DNA from: a virus
IMG/VR virus record: IMGVR_UViG_3300045988_053137
Coordinates: 1-57,070 of that record
DNA: 57,070 nt
Strand: one strand, 5' to 3'
The translations under genes and the position numbers were made by a program. Positions 14,261 to 24,074 of this stretch are shown piece after piece (positions within the stretch are counted from its first letter, which is position 1; the number at the start of each line of letters is the position of its first letter). The notes beneath the pieces are model-generated. The model ran no database searches. It was not told the DNA's origin and saw only the letters and a program-made list of their open reading frames with translations.

Positions 14261-15697
14261 ATGAACACAATGTATTTTCAAGACCTTGTTAGAGGCTGTT
14301 ATGGTAGAAAAATTGCATACACGAATGTAGATACAATAACTGCTAACAATGTTGTTAAGGTTATTGGAAGTACTATAGGTGTATTTAATTGGAATAAGCC
14401 AGTTATTAAGTATCTGTGGCATTACTACAAGGGTGACCAACCGGTATTATACCGCCGAAAGACAGCTAATCAGGACATAACCAATTACGTTTGTGAGAAC
14501 CATGCATACGAAATTGTGCAATTCCGCGCTGGCCAGACTTACGGCGAACCTATACAATATGTAAGTCGTTCCAAAGATGAAACCATCAATGCGGCGGTTG
14601 ATAAGCTTAATGATTATATGGCGGATGCCAATAAGCAGGAGAAAGATATTAAAGCTGGAGAGTGGCAGTCGGCAATAGGAACATCATTTAAAGCGGTTCA
14701 ACCTAAAAATGGAGATGTACCATTCAGAATTGTAGTACCTACACCAATGAATACTTACGTTGTTTACAATGAAAGCACAGAAGAACCTATGCTTGTTGTG
14801 CAGGAACTTAAAGATGAGGATGGAAACTGGTATAAAATGGCTTTTTCCGACACTATGTCATTCAGAATTGTTGATAGCAAAGTAGTTGAAGCAAAACTAC
14901 ATACATATGGCGAAATTCCTATTGTTGAGTTTCCTAATAACCACGAAAGAATATCTGATATTGAGCTTGTTATAGGTATGTTGGATGCTATTAATAATAT
15001 GCAGTCTAACAGAATGGATAGCATACAGCAGTTTGTTGAGTATTGGGTTAAGTTTGTAAATTGCGAAGTGGATGAAGAGACATTTGCAAAAATGAAAATG
15101 AGCCACGCTCTCACAGTTAAATCTATCAATAAAGACAACAAGTCAGATGTTGAGATTATGACACAGGAGCTTAATCAGACACAATGTCAAGTTGCTAAGG
15201 AAGATTTATGGGATAACACATTATCAATATTGGCAATTCCTAACAAACAAGGTAATACCGGCGGAGATACACAGGGGGCAGTTGAATTAAGAAATGGTTG
15301 GGACTTTTCTAAAACAAGAGCAAAGTTGAAAGACCCTATTGTTAAATCGTGCGAAAAGCGATTAGCTGCGGCAGTTCTTAATATTCTAAGACTTGCGGGA
15401 CAAGATTTAAAGTTGTCAGTCAGAGATTTTGATGTGCAGATTAATCACAGCCCACAGGACAATATGTACACTAAAGCACAGACGTTGCTTTTACTTTTAC
15501 AAGCTGGCATACATCCACTTGTTGCAATTAAGACAGTTGGTTTATGGGGCGATTCTGAAAAAGCATATGTATTATCTAAGCCATATTTAGATAATCTATA
15601 CAAAACTATTAAAGATGTAGAAGAACAAGAAAAGAAAGCACAAGAGATAGTTAATCAACTTAATAATAATCAGCAAAATAAGGCAGTTATCGAATAA
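14261..15697 (+). CDS. Portal protein
   Basis: 478 aa, directly after the terminase module and before the scaffold and capsid genes. Confidence 0.85.
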   Translation: MNTMYFQDLVRGCYGRKIAYTNVDTITANNVVKVIGSTIGVFNWNKPVIKYLWHYYKGDQPVLYRRKTANQDITNYVCENHAYEIVQFRAGQTYGEPIQYVSRSKDETINAAVDKLNDYMADANKQEKDIKAGEWQSAIGTSFKAVQPKNGDVPFRIVVPTPMNTYVVYNESTEEPMLVVQELKDEDGNWYKMAFSDTMSFRIVDSKVVEAKLHTYGEIPIVEFPNNHERISDIELVIGMLDAINNMQSNRMDSIQQFVEYWVKFVNCEVDEETFAKMKMSHALTVKSINKDNKSDVEIMTQELNQTQCQVAKEDLWDNTLSILAIPNKQGNTGGDTQGAVELRNGWDFSKTRAKLKDPIVKSCEKRLAAAVLNILRLAGQDLKLSVRDFDVQINHSPQDNMYTKAQTLLLLLQAGIHPLVAIKTVGLWGDSEKAYVLSKPYLDNLYKTIKDVEEQEKKAQEIVNQLNNNQQNKAVIE

Positions 15698-15804
15698 TCG
15701 GTAGCTGCTTTTATTTTATACATTTGCAGCTATGCGGTAAATAGCAGAAGAACACAGCAGGAGCGACCTGCGGTAACAAAAGCGTGTGTTTAACGGAGGT
15801 AATT

Positions 15805-16359
15805 ATGACAAGAGAAGATGTATTAAAACTTTTCCCAGAGGCAACAGATGAACAGGTTACCAATCTTCTTAATCAGAACAATTCAGAAGTTGCTACGGAG
15901 AAAAACAAGGCAAAGCAGTATAAGGCTAAGGCTGACACAGCAGATGACTTACAGAAGCAGCTTGATGAAATACAGGCTGGCAATCTGACAGAGCTTGAAA
16001 AGGCAAATAAAGCCCTAGATACAGCTAATCAGCAGATAGCCGATTTACAGAAATCTAATGCTATCAGAGACCAGAGGGAAGCAGCTATGACTAATTTTAA
16101 GATTACTGCTGAACAGGCAAAGACAGTTGTTAAAGATGATGGAAGCCTTGATTACACCGAACTTGGCAAGATTATGTCCGAGAAAGAAACAGCTGCGGCA
16201 CAGGCTAAGGAACAGGAGATTGCTAAACATCAGGATATTCCGGGCGGTGGCAGTAATAAAGGTGGTGCAGACAATAAGACAAATGCTGAAAAGATAGCAG
16301 AAAGCCTTATATCTAATGCACCTAAGAACAATGATGTTTTATCACATTACATTCAGTAA
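15805..16359 (+). CDS. Scaffolding protein (DUF4355-like)
   Basis: GGAGGT SD; LFPEATDEQVTNLLNQ N-terminus, coiled-coil, Ala/Gln/Lys-rich. Confidence 0.75.
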   Translation: MTREDVLKLFPEATDEQVTNLLNQNNSEVATEKNKAKQYKAKADTADDLQKQLDEIQAGNLTELEKANKALDTANQQIADLQKSNAIRDQREAAMTNFKITAEQAKTVVKDDGSLDYTELGKIMSEKETAAAQAKEQEIAKHQDIPGGGSNKGGADNKTNAEKIAESLISNAPKNNDVLSHYIQ

Positions 16360-16375
16360 TAACAGGAGGTAAGAA

Positions 16376-16729
16376 ATGGCAAAGGAAATGAATATGCAGT
16401 ATGAAAAGACTTCATACGCAGGAGATGTTCAGATTTTAAAGAGAGAGCCTAACGAAGCAATCCCATTAACACTTGATTTTGATGGTGTAACAACTACAAA
16501 CGCACAGGGCAAGAAGATTGTCAAAGCGGGTACACCAATCGGAACAACCGGCAAGGCTGACAATACAGCCACAGTAGTAGGCATTTTAAGGTTTGATGTA
16601 ACAGAGGACAGACCGCAGGGAGTACTGCTTAAGAAAGCATATCTTAACACAAAGGTAGCAGAAACACACTCAGGCGTTACATATGATGAAACAGTTAAGA
16701 CAGCTCTTCCAATGATTGTATTTGAATAA
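16376..16729 (+). CDS. Head decoration protein (lambda gpD-like)
   Basis: VVGILRFDVTEDRPQG...YDETVKTALPMIVFE parallels lambda D AVGILAVAAD...SDETKKRTAF; lies upstream of an E-like capsid gene. Confidence 0.6.
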   Translation: MAKEMNMQYEKTSYAGDVQILKREPNEAIPLTLDFDGVTTTNAQGKKIVKAGTPIGTTGKADNTATVVGILRFDVTEDRPQGVLLKKAYLNTKVAETHSGVTYDETVKTALPMIVFE

Positions 16730-16746
16730 TAATAGGAGGTAAATAG

Positions 16747-17820
16747 ATGTTAATTAATGAAGTATTAGACAGTAAGTCTATTGCATTATCAGCAACAGAA
16801 AACGCTAGTAATCAGATACCTTATCTTGGCTTACAGTGGTTTCCAGAAAGAAAGAAACAGGGGCTTGATTTAAGCTGGATTAAGACACATAAAGGACTTC
16901 CGGTTTCACTTGCACCATCTAACTTTGACACAATTCCAACACTTAGAGCTAGAGAGGGATTAAGCAAGGAAAAAACACAGATGGCATTTTTCCGCGAGGG
17001 AATGACAGTCGGTGAAGAGGAAATGCTTGAAATCGAGCGTATTCAGTCAGCAGATGACCCTTACCTTGCAAGTGCTTTATCAAGCGTATATGACGATACT
17101 AACAACCTTGTAAGCGGTGCAGAAGTTGTACCAGAAAGAATGAGAATGTCACTTCTTGCAACAAATGCAGGACATCCAGTAATTGCTATCGTGAGTGACG
17201 GCGTTCAGTATGCTTATGATTACGACAAAGACGGCTCATACGCAAAAGACCATTACGCAAAACTTTCTGGCACAAGTATGTGGAGTGATACAGCTAATTC
17301 AAAGCCACTTACAGACCTTAACAACGCAAGAAAGAAGTTACAGAAGCAGGGCAAGATTGCCAGATACGCACTTATGAACAGCAATACATTCCAGTATTTG
17401 CTTGATAATGCGCAGATAAGAAACTCAATCCTTGCACAGAACCTCACAGCAACTATCGAGGTCGATGATGATACTGTTATTTCAGTAGTACAGAAGAGAA
17501 CAAAGCTTACTATCGTGCTTTACGATAAGATGTATATTGACGATGATGGCAAGGAACAGTACTTCTACCCAGATAACAAGGTTACACTTCTTCCAGAAGG
17601 TAGTCTTGGCAGCACTTGGTTTGGCACTACACCGGAAGAAAGAACAGCAAGACAGGTAGCTGATGTAGATGTAACAGTATACGGCACAGGTATCACAGTT
17701 GCTACAAAGACAGAGTACGGACCACCTATGAAGATGTCAACATTTGCTTCCGAGGTTGTTCTTCCATCATACGAAAATATGGATAGCACATTCGTATATG
17801 AGGTTCATAGCGAAGAGTAG
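16747..17820 (+). CDS. Major capsid protein (gpE-like)
   Basis: 357 aa, after the scaffold and decoration genes. Confidence 0.8.
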   Translation: MLINEVLDSKSIALSATENASNQIPYLGLQWFPERKKQGLDLSWIKTHKGLPVSLAPSNFDTIPTLRAREGLSKEKTQMAFFREGMTVGEEEMLEIERIQSADDPYLASALSSVYDDTNNLVSGAEVVPERMRMSLLATNAGHPVIAIVSDGVQYAYDYDKDGSYAKDHYAKLSGTSMWSDTANSKPLTDLNNARKKLQKQGKIARYALMNSNTFQYLLDNAQIRNSILAQNLTATIEVDDDTVISVVQKRTKLTIVLYDKMYIDDDGKEQYFYPDNKVTLLPEGSLGSTWFGTTPEERTARQVADVDVTVYGTGITVATKTEYGPPMKMSTFASEVVLPSYENMDSTFVYEVHSEE

Positions 17821-17832
17821 GGGGGTGCAACT

Positions 17833-18060
17833 ATGAAATATCCATATATAGTAATTCACAATGGTAAATGGTATAACGCGGGTGAAGAAGTTCCAGAAAA
17901 TAACAATTCTGGGGCTTCTTTTGATTATAGCAAGACAACTATTAAGCGTATGCCAACAGCGGACTTACAGACACTTGCCTTAGAACAAGGCATTGAGAAT
18001 GCGATGGAGCTTACAGGAGCAGAACTTAAAGAACTGTTAATTGAGAAATTAGGGTTATAG
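17833..18060 (+). CDS. Hypothetical head-module protein
   Basis: Co-oriented ORF with an SD. Confidence 0.55.
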   Translation: MKYPYIVIHNGKWYNAGEEVPENNNSGASFDYSKTTIKRMPTADLQTLALEQGIENAMELTGAELKELLIEKLGL

Positions 18061-18069
18061 GAGAATGAT

Positions 18070-18396
18070 ATGGATGCACTATCACAACTAAGAGTTCTTT
18101 TAAAAAATAATGGATTAGACCCAGATAGTTACGATGAAGAATATCTTAATTTGCTAATAGAAACAGCTAAAAGCGATTATATAGCAGCAAGAAACTATCC
18201 AAAGTCTTATACAGAACAACAGATACAGGAAGAACTTGAAAAATATCAACTTTTTATTGTTAAAAAAGCATTTGAAGCCGGGTCAAGAACAGGGCAACCA
18301 TTCACAACAGCAGTTACCGAAAATGGCACCAGCAGAACTTTTGAAAAGTTAGATGATTTGCCAAGAGGTGTATTTCCATTCGTTAATCCAGTTTGA
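18070..18396 (+). CDS. Head-tail connector (gp6-like)
   Basis: DSYDEEYLNLLIETAKSDYIAARNYP is a typical N-terminus for this family. Confidence 0.65.
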   Translation: MDALSQLRVLLKNNGLDPDSYDEEYLNLLIETAKSDYIAARNYPKSYTEQQIQEELEKYQLFIVKKAFEAGSRTGQPFTTAVTENGTSRTFEKLDDLPRGVFPFVNPV

Positions 18397-18506
18397 AAAG
18401 AATTGTAAAAAAGTTATAGAAGATTGTGCGTTACCAATATGGTAGCAGGCGGCATACATTAAGCGGTGGTGGGCGGTGTGCCTATTAATTTTGCAGGAGA
18501 TATAAA

Positions 18507-18812
18507 ATGAAAGAATTTTTATTACAAACTTATACCGTAGTATTACCGATATTACTTGGCTATATAGTTTGGCTTCTGAAACAACAGAAAAAGGACAAAG
18601 ACGCCAATAGTAAAGGCACAATGTTGCTTTTGCGAGTACAGCTTATCGAATATCACGATAAGTATATGAAAATAGGTGAAATTCCATCTTACGCCTATGA
18701 TAATTTCGTTGAGATGTATAACGCATATCACGCTTTAGGCGGTAATGGGATGGTAACTAAGATGTATAACGAAATACAGGAAATTCACTTAAAGAATGGA
18801 GGTAAAGACTAA
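18507..18812 (+). CDS. Small membrane protein (holin-associated?)
   Basis: One N-terminal TM segment (TYTVVLPILLGYIVWLL); ATGA-coupled to the holin. Confidence 0.5.
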   Translation: MKEFLLQTYTVVLPILLGYIVWLLKQQKKDKDANSKGTMLLLRVQLIEYHDKYMKIGEIPSYAYDNFVEMYNAYHALGGNGMVTKMYNEIQEIHLKNGGKD

Positions 18813-19138
18813 TGGAAATTATGCAGGTATTAATCACAAATATGACAATCGTGTTAGCAATCATTGGGGCGTTAGCTTTTATGGTGTCTGTAATTACGCA
18901 GGTAATTAAGGGCATTGGAGTATTCAATAAAGTGCCTACAGATATTGTAGTATTTGTCCTGTCAATCGGTATTACTGTAGCGGCGCTTGTTGCCTATATG
19001 CAGTATATTCAGATGACAATACTGTGGTATATGATTCTTGCGGCAATTATGGCAGGATTTGTTGTAGCATTTGTTTCAATGTATGGATGGGAAAAGCTGT
19101 CTGAATTATGGAAGCGATTTGGTAAGGATGTGAAGTAA
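18812..19138 (+). CDS. Holin (three TM segments, charged C-terminus)
   Basis: TM1 MTIVLAIIGALAFMVSVI, TM2 IVVFVLSIGITVAALVAY, TM3 ILWYMILAAIMAGFVVAFV, tail KRFGKDVK. Confidence 0.65.
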   Translation: MEIMQVLITNMTIVLAIIGALAFMVSVITQVIKGIGVFNKVPTDIVVFVLSIGITVAALVAYMQYIQMTILWYMILAAIMAGFVVAFVSMYGWEKLSELWKRFGKDVK

Positions 19139-19139
19139 T

Positions 19140-19598
19140 ATGCTTGACATTAATAAGCAGGCTATGAAGTATTCACTTCAAGGACAGACAGTAATTATCT
19201 ATGAAAGAGATGATGACGGCAATATCTTATATGAGGGATATACCGATACAGAGGGTAACTTTATTCCTTATCTTGATGATGAGGGAAATAAGATACCTAA
19301 AGTTCTTGAAGAAAAAACAGGCTTTTCAGAGCCTACGGATTTCAAAGCTAACATATCATTCAGCGGTGGAGAAGCACAAAGCAAGGAATACGGCTTTGAT
19401 ACGGCTGATTTTGACGCTATTTTGCTGACAGATAGGGATACATTACCTATTCAAAAAGGCGACCTTATATGGCTTAATAGCAAGCCTACATACACATCTG
19501 ACAGTCTTGTTGATGAAACATCAGCAGACTTCACGATTGTAGGCATTAAACCGGCATTGTATTCAACTAAGTATATGCTTAAAGCAGTTGTAAAGTAG
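19140..19598 (+). CDS. Hypothetical structural protein
   Basis: Co-oriented ORF in the head-tail joining region. Confidence 0.55.
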   Translation: MLDINKQAMKYSLQGQTVIIYERDDDGNILYEGYTDTEGNFIPYLDDEGNKIPKVLEEKTGFSEPTDFKANISFSGGEAQSKEYGFDTADFDAILLTDRDTLPIQKGDLIWLNSKPTYTSDSLVDETSADFTIVGIKPALYSTKYMLKAVVK

Positions 19599-19605
19599 GT
19601 GCGTT

Positions 19606-19932
19606 ATGAAAGACACAACGATTAATGTTTTGGGAACAGCATACGCTATCGAGTTAAGGCAACTTAACGATAAAGATATGGACGGCTTTTGCGACAATAC
19701 AGCAAAGCTAATAGTAATCCGTTCTGATAACTATAATGAAGTGGGTAATTTTGTAGAATTGCAGAAGAAACAATTAAGACACGAAATAATACACGCCTTT
19801 CTATCTGAAAGCGGATTACAGTGTAATTGGCAACATATAGAACAATTTGGACACGATGAAACAACTATTGATTGGTTTGCAATTCAATCGCCTAAAATAT
19901 TTAAAGTTTTTGCAGATTTAAAACTGCTTTAA
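19606..19932 (+). CDS. Small HExxH metallopeptidase-like protein
   Basis: LRHEIIHAF motif; same architecture as 1046..1366. Confidence 0.55.
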   Translation: MKDTTINVLGTAYAIELRQLNDKDMDGFCDNTAKLIVIRSDNYNEVGNFVELQKKQLRHEIIHAFLSESGLQCNWQHIEQFGHDETTIDWFAIQSPKIFKVFADLKLL

Positions 19933-19943
19933 GGTGGTGCATT

Positions 19944-20480
19944 ATGGCAAGACATACAATTAATATATCCTTGTCTGAAAAGTCCGTAAATGAAGCTATC
20001 AGACAGCTACAACAGTATAAACAGAGTTTGCAGTATAAATGTGAATTGCTTGTTGAACGATTAGCAGAATTAGGTGACAAAGCGGCAATTATGAGTGTTA
20101 ATGAAAGCCCATTAGGTAAGACAGTAACATTGAGAGTTGACAGAAAGCCTATTCAAGATGGCTACCAAGCTATTTTAATTGCTACCGGTAAAACTATTGA
20201 AGTAGAAGATAGAGAGCCATTTTACACACTATTAGCGATTGAGTTTGGTGCTGGTATTTATTACAACAGCGGTAACGAGAACCCAAAGGCTAATGATTTT
20301 GGCTTGGGCGTAGGAACATACCCAGGGCAGATACACGCATTTGAAGATGGCTGGTACTACTTAGGCAATGATAATCAATGGCACTACACACACGGCGTTA
20401 AAGCTACAATGCCTATGTACAACGCCACAATAGAGATTATTAATCAGTATAAGCAGATAGCAAGAGAGGTGTTTAGTTAA
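19944..20480 (+). CDS. Hypothetical head-tail joining protein
   Basis: Position only. Confidence 0.5.
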   Translation: MARHTINISLSEKSVNEAIRQLQQYKQSLQYKCELLVERLAELGDKAAIMSVNESPLGKTVTLRVDRKPIQDGYQAILIATGKTIEVEDREPFYTLLAIEFGAGIYYNSGNENPKANDFGLGVGTYPGQIHAFEDGWYYLGNDNQWHYTHGVKATMPMYNATIEIINQYKQIAREVFS

Positions 20481-20896
20481 TGGCAAATGCAAACGATTGG
20501 GCGATAGACCTTGAAAATACAGTCACAGCACTTGTCAAGGCTAAAACCCTAACACAGCTTAAAAAGAAATATCCAAAGATAGTCATAACAAATGAGGGAG
20601 AAAACAGCGGTCAAGCAGTATTCCCAACAGTATACATTCATTTACTGCCAGCAGTTGAACAAGGACAAACACTTGACGGACAGACAATTAACGCATTGTT
20701 AGCAACATTTCAAGTGGATGTTACCACTAACACAAGCAAGTCTGACTGTCGCAAGGTTATAGCAGTAATTACAGATACATTCAAGACAATGAGATTTCAA
20801 GGCACATCAATGCCAGAGTTCTCAATCAGCAATAAAGTACATAAGAGCACCGCTAGATTCAGACGAATGATAGCGGCAAATGACAGATTATTGTAA
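20480..20896 (+). CDS. Hypothetical tail-completion protein
   Basis: Position upstream of the major tail gene. Confidence 0.5.
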   Translation: MANANDWAIDLENTVTALVKAKTLTQLKKKYPKIVITNEGENSGQAVFPTVYIHLLPAVEQGQTLDGQTINALLATFQVDVTTNTSKSDCRKVIAVITDTFKTMRFQGTSMPEFSISNKVHKSTARFRRMIAANDRLL

Positions 20897-20946
20897 CGAA
20901 GAGCAGAAATGCTCTTATTTTTTTGCAAATTTTTAGGAGGTAGACA

Positions 20947-21432
20947 ATGGCAGATACAGCAGTAGCAGGACTAAGTACGCTGGGTGTTACTTTCTCTTAT
21001 GGAGTTGAAACAACAGCAGGCACAAAGCCAACATCATTCAAGTTACTTACAAGAATTAATTCTATTGATGAAATTACAGTAACACCAGAAGCAATAGATG
21101 CTTCGGCACTTGAAGATAAGCAGACAAGAAACATTGCAGGTAGAGATACAGTTACAGATACAGTTGCAGTAACAGTTAATAAGACAGACGCAACTATTGA
21201 AGAATGGAAAACTCTTATTACAGCATACAATGGATTAACAGGCGGTAAGAGAATGTGGTTCCAGGAGATTACTCCGGGCATAACAGACGCGGAGTTCTTT
21301 GTAGCACAACCACCATCAAAGTTACCTATCACAAGTAAGGAGCAGAACGGACTTCTTACAATGGCTATCAACCTCATTATTGAGGATATGGTAGGAACAG
21401 ATACAGCAGTAACCCCAACATCGGGGGAATGA
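20947..21432 (+). CDS. Major tail protein
   Basis: 161 aa, Thr/Val-rich; strong SD; followed by a terminator and the chaperone pair. Confidence 0.7.
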   Translation: MADTAVAGLSTLGVTFSYGVETTAGTKPTSFKLLTRINSIDEITVTPEAIDASALEDKQTRNIAGRDTVTDTVAVTVNKTDATIEEWKTLITAYNGLTGGKRMWFQEITPGITDAEFFVAQPPSKLPITSKEQNGLLTMAINLIIEDMVGTDTAVTPTSGE

Positions 21433-21541
21433 TAAGCCAATCGACTAAATCAAAGGCTGTGTCGATTGGTGACACAAACGCCAAAACAGCCGACTACACA
21501 TCATATCTTGATGATGTAACAGAATAATTATTTTAAAAGGT

Positions 21542-21568
21542 AGGTGCGGTGTAAAATCCGCACCTTTC
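21542..21568 (+). terminator. Partial terminator after the major tail gene
   Basis: AGGTGCGG ... CCGCACCT then TTT. Confidence 0.5.
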
Positions 21569-21604
21569 CCTATATGGACGATAGGGTGGGAAAGGGTAAA
21601 AATT

Positions 21605-22093
21605 ATGATGAATATTAATGTAAACGGAAAAGAATACAAAGTTGAGTTCTCTTTTGGTGCGGCAGAGTGTAAAGAGATAGTGCAGAAAATGTTTTCTGTT
21701 GTTAATGGTTCTTACTTACTTGCACAGACAGATAAAAGTGTTGCACAGGCTTCTTTTGACGGATTAGCAAATATGACAGCAGATGTACCAGAGATTTGCA
21801 TTTTAGCCATTTATGCAGGCTGTATTGACAATAACCCTGTAATTATGGATGAAGCAAAGAAACTCACTAGGGCATATATCACAGAGAAGAGAAAAACAGA
21901 TAAGAGTTACGGATATAGAACATTGTTTGAAGAAATCAAGAAAGCGATGGAAGATGATGGTTTTTTCGAGTTGAGCGGAATAACAGCGATGTTAGAGGAG
22001 ATGGCGAACAATGTGGAAGAAGCAACACAGGAGCAGAAGAAGCCGACAGTAGTTCCACAGGACCACAAGAAAAAGCAGACTTCCACAAAATAA
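21605..22093 (+). CDS. Tail assembly chaperone (G-like)
   Basis: Position between the major tail and tape-measure genes; acidic C-terminus. Confidence 0.7.
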   Translation: MMNINVNGKEYKVEFSFGAAECKEIVQKMFSVVNGSYLLAQTDKSVAQASFDGLANMTADVPEICILAIYAGCIDNNPVIMDEAKKLTRAYITEKRKTDKSYGYRTLFEEIKKAMEDDGFFELSGITAMLEEMANNVEEATQEQKKPTVVPQDHKKKQTSTK

Positions 22094-22461
22094 TATGGGA
22101 AGAATACTTTGTTTTAGCCAGCTCACTAGGCGTTAGTTATTCAGACTTTCTAAAAATGACACCTAAAAAGCTATGGGCTGTTGTAGAGGGTAAAAAACTT
22201 GAAAGACAACGAATGGATTCAGATATATGGCTTGCGATAGGTAGTTACATACTCCCAGCAATTAAGATAGGTGTTAGAAGTGGTGCTTGGGGTAAAGGCG
22301 AGCTTGAATACCCAGACAAGCCTATTTATAGAGATATTAACAAAAAAGAGGACAGCAAAGATGAAATACAAAGAAAGAGAGAAGAGTTTGTTTTGAATAT
22401 GAAAATACGAAAAGCAAACTGGGATCTAACACACCCTAAAAATGATAAGCCGGAGGTATAA
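22087..22461 (+). CDS. -1 frameshift extension of the chaperone (GT-like)
   Basis: The -1 frame is open across the stop at 22091. ACA AAA TAA allows tRNA-Lys to re-pair on AAA at 22087. Confidence 0.5.
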   Translation, partial: KIIWEEYFVLASSLGVSYSDFLKMTPKKLWAVVEGKKLERQRMDSDIWLAIGSYILPAIKIGVRSGAWGKGELEYPDKPIYRDINKKEDSKDEIQRKREEFVLNMKIRKANWDLTHPKNDKPEV

Positions 22462-22463
22462 GC

Positions 22464-23735
22464 GTGGAATTAGATTCATTAGAAGTCAAAATTACCGGTA
22501 CTGCCACTAAAGCTATCAATTCTGTTGATAAACTGATAAATCAGCTTACAAGGCTGTCAACATCACTTGCAACTGTGAATGGTTCATCGCTAAGCGGTCT
22601 TGCGAATGGCGTTAATCAGTTAGGTTCTGCTATGCAGAATATGAACGCAGGAACAGCAGATTTTACAAGACTTGCTAAGAACATCACAAAGATAGGTTCG
22701 ATTGACCCTATCGGTGTTAATAATATTGCAACAAGCCTATCTGCTATTGGCAAGGCATTTGATAGCATTAGAACAGTTCCACAAGTGGCGCAAGATGTCG
22801 GAGAACTTGCTAAGTCAATCGGAAAACTTGGCTATAAAAGCGTTGAAAATTCTTTGACTAACATTCCAAAGCTAGGCAATGCTTTAAATGGCTTAATGAC
22901 AACGCTATCAAGAGCACCAACAGTAAGTCAGAATGTTATTCAAATGACTAACGCATTGGCTAATCTTGCTAGTCAAGGTAGCAAGGTGGGTACTTCTTCA
23001 AACTCACTTCAAAAGTCGCTGTATGGCGTTTCTACGAGCGTCAGGACAGCGACTAAGAGCAGTTGGAACTTGGCAAGTGCAATAGGTAAGTTTTATGCCA
23101 CCTATTTTATGGTAATTCGTGGCAGTAAGAAGCTTATAGAAGCCATCAAGTCAACAACAGATTACATTGAAGCATTCAACTATCAAGCGGTTGCGTTTGG
23201 CAAAATCGGTTCAGAATGGGATAAAGATTACGAAAAGTACGGATATGATAACGCAACAGCATATGCAGAGAGCTTCCAAAGCAGAGTAAATGATACTCTC
23301 GGAAAGCTGTCTGGTTTAAAAGTTAATGTTCAAGGCGGTTTGCTTGAAGAAAGCGGAGCAAAGAACTTAGGACTTAACATACAAGAAGTAACACAGTATG
23401 CTTCACAGTTAGCTTCTGTCACTAACTCATTAGGGCAGACAGGCGAAGCAACAACGGCTATAACAAAGTCAATGACAATGCTTGCGGGCGATATAAGCTC
23501 ACTTTTCAATGTGGACTATTCAACAGTAGCACAGAACTTACAAAGCGGTTTAATCGGACAATCGAGGGCATTGTACAAGTATGGTATTGATATTACCAAT
23601 GCTACATTAGCGACGTATGCTTACAACTTAGGCATTTCTAAGTCGGTGTCTGAAATGACACAGATGGAAAAACAACAGTTAAGAGTGTTAGCGATATTAG
23701 ACCAATCAAAAGTATCTTGGGGTGATTTAGCTAAT
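22464..23735 (+). CDS. Tape measure protein, exon 1
   Basis: GTG start with a GGAGGT SD; TMP-type Ala/Ser/Leu-rich helices; ends ...SWGDLAN. Confidence 0.8.
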
Positions 23736-24074
23736 AGACGGAAGAAAGTTAATGATATAGCTTATCTTCCAAGTGTTGCATAAGAATAGAAATATCTTAT
23801 GGCAATCGGGCAAAATCGGCGAAGGCTAAAGTTTTCAACTATGCTAATACCGAGATAACTCAATAGATTACGAACAGGCTATTGAGTATCGTAACGAGTA
23901 GGAATTGAATAAATATAATATTCCCAAGAGTGTCCGACACTACTGCATATAGGGCAGTATGAGGTGGAAGTGGCTACCACCAAACCAAACGTAAAACGTG
24001 GGTGATAATGTACTCTGAACTTATAGGAAACTATAAGAAGTATAGGATAAAGAGCCTATACGATAACAAATTTG
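23736..24074 (+). other. Candidate group I-like self-splicing intron (339 nt, no ORF)
   Basis: Its removal joins ...GDLAN to TINSPSNMLRQ in frame. There is a U before the 5' junction and a G as the last intron base. Several stems are present, including a GAAA-tetraloop hairpin. Confidence 0.55.

Noticed and set aside
24072-24074. TTG at 24072 as an independent start of a second tape-measure ORF
   Set aside because: There is no SD upstream. The protein would begin in the middle of a conserved TMP motif, and the same-frame 339-nt gap bounded by U and G favours splicing.
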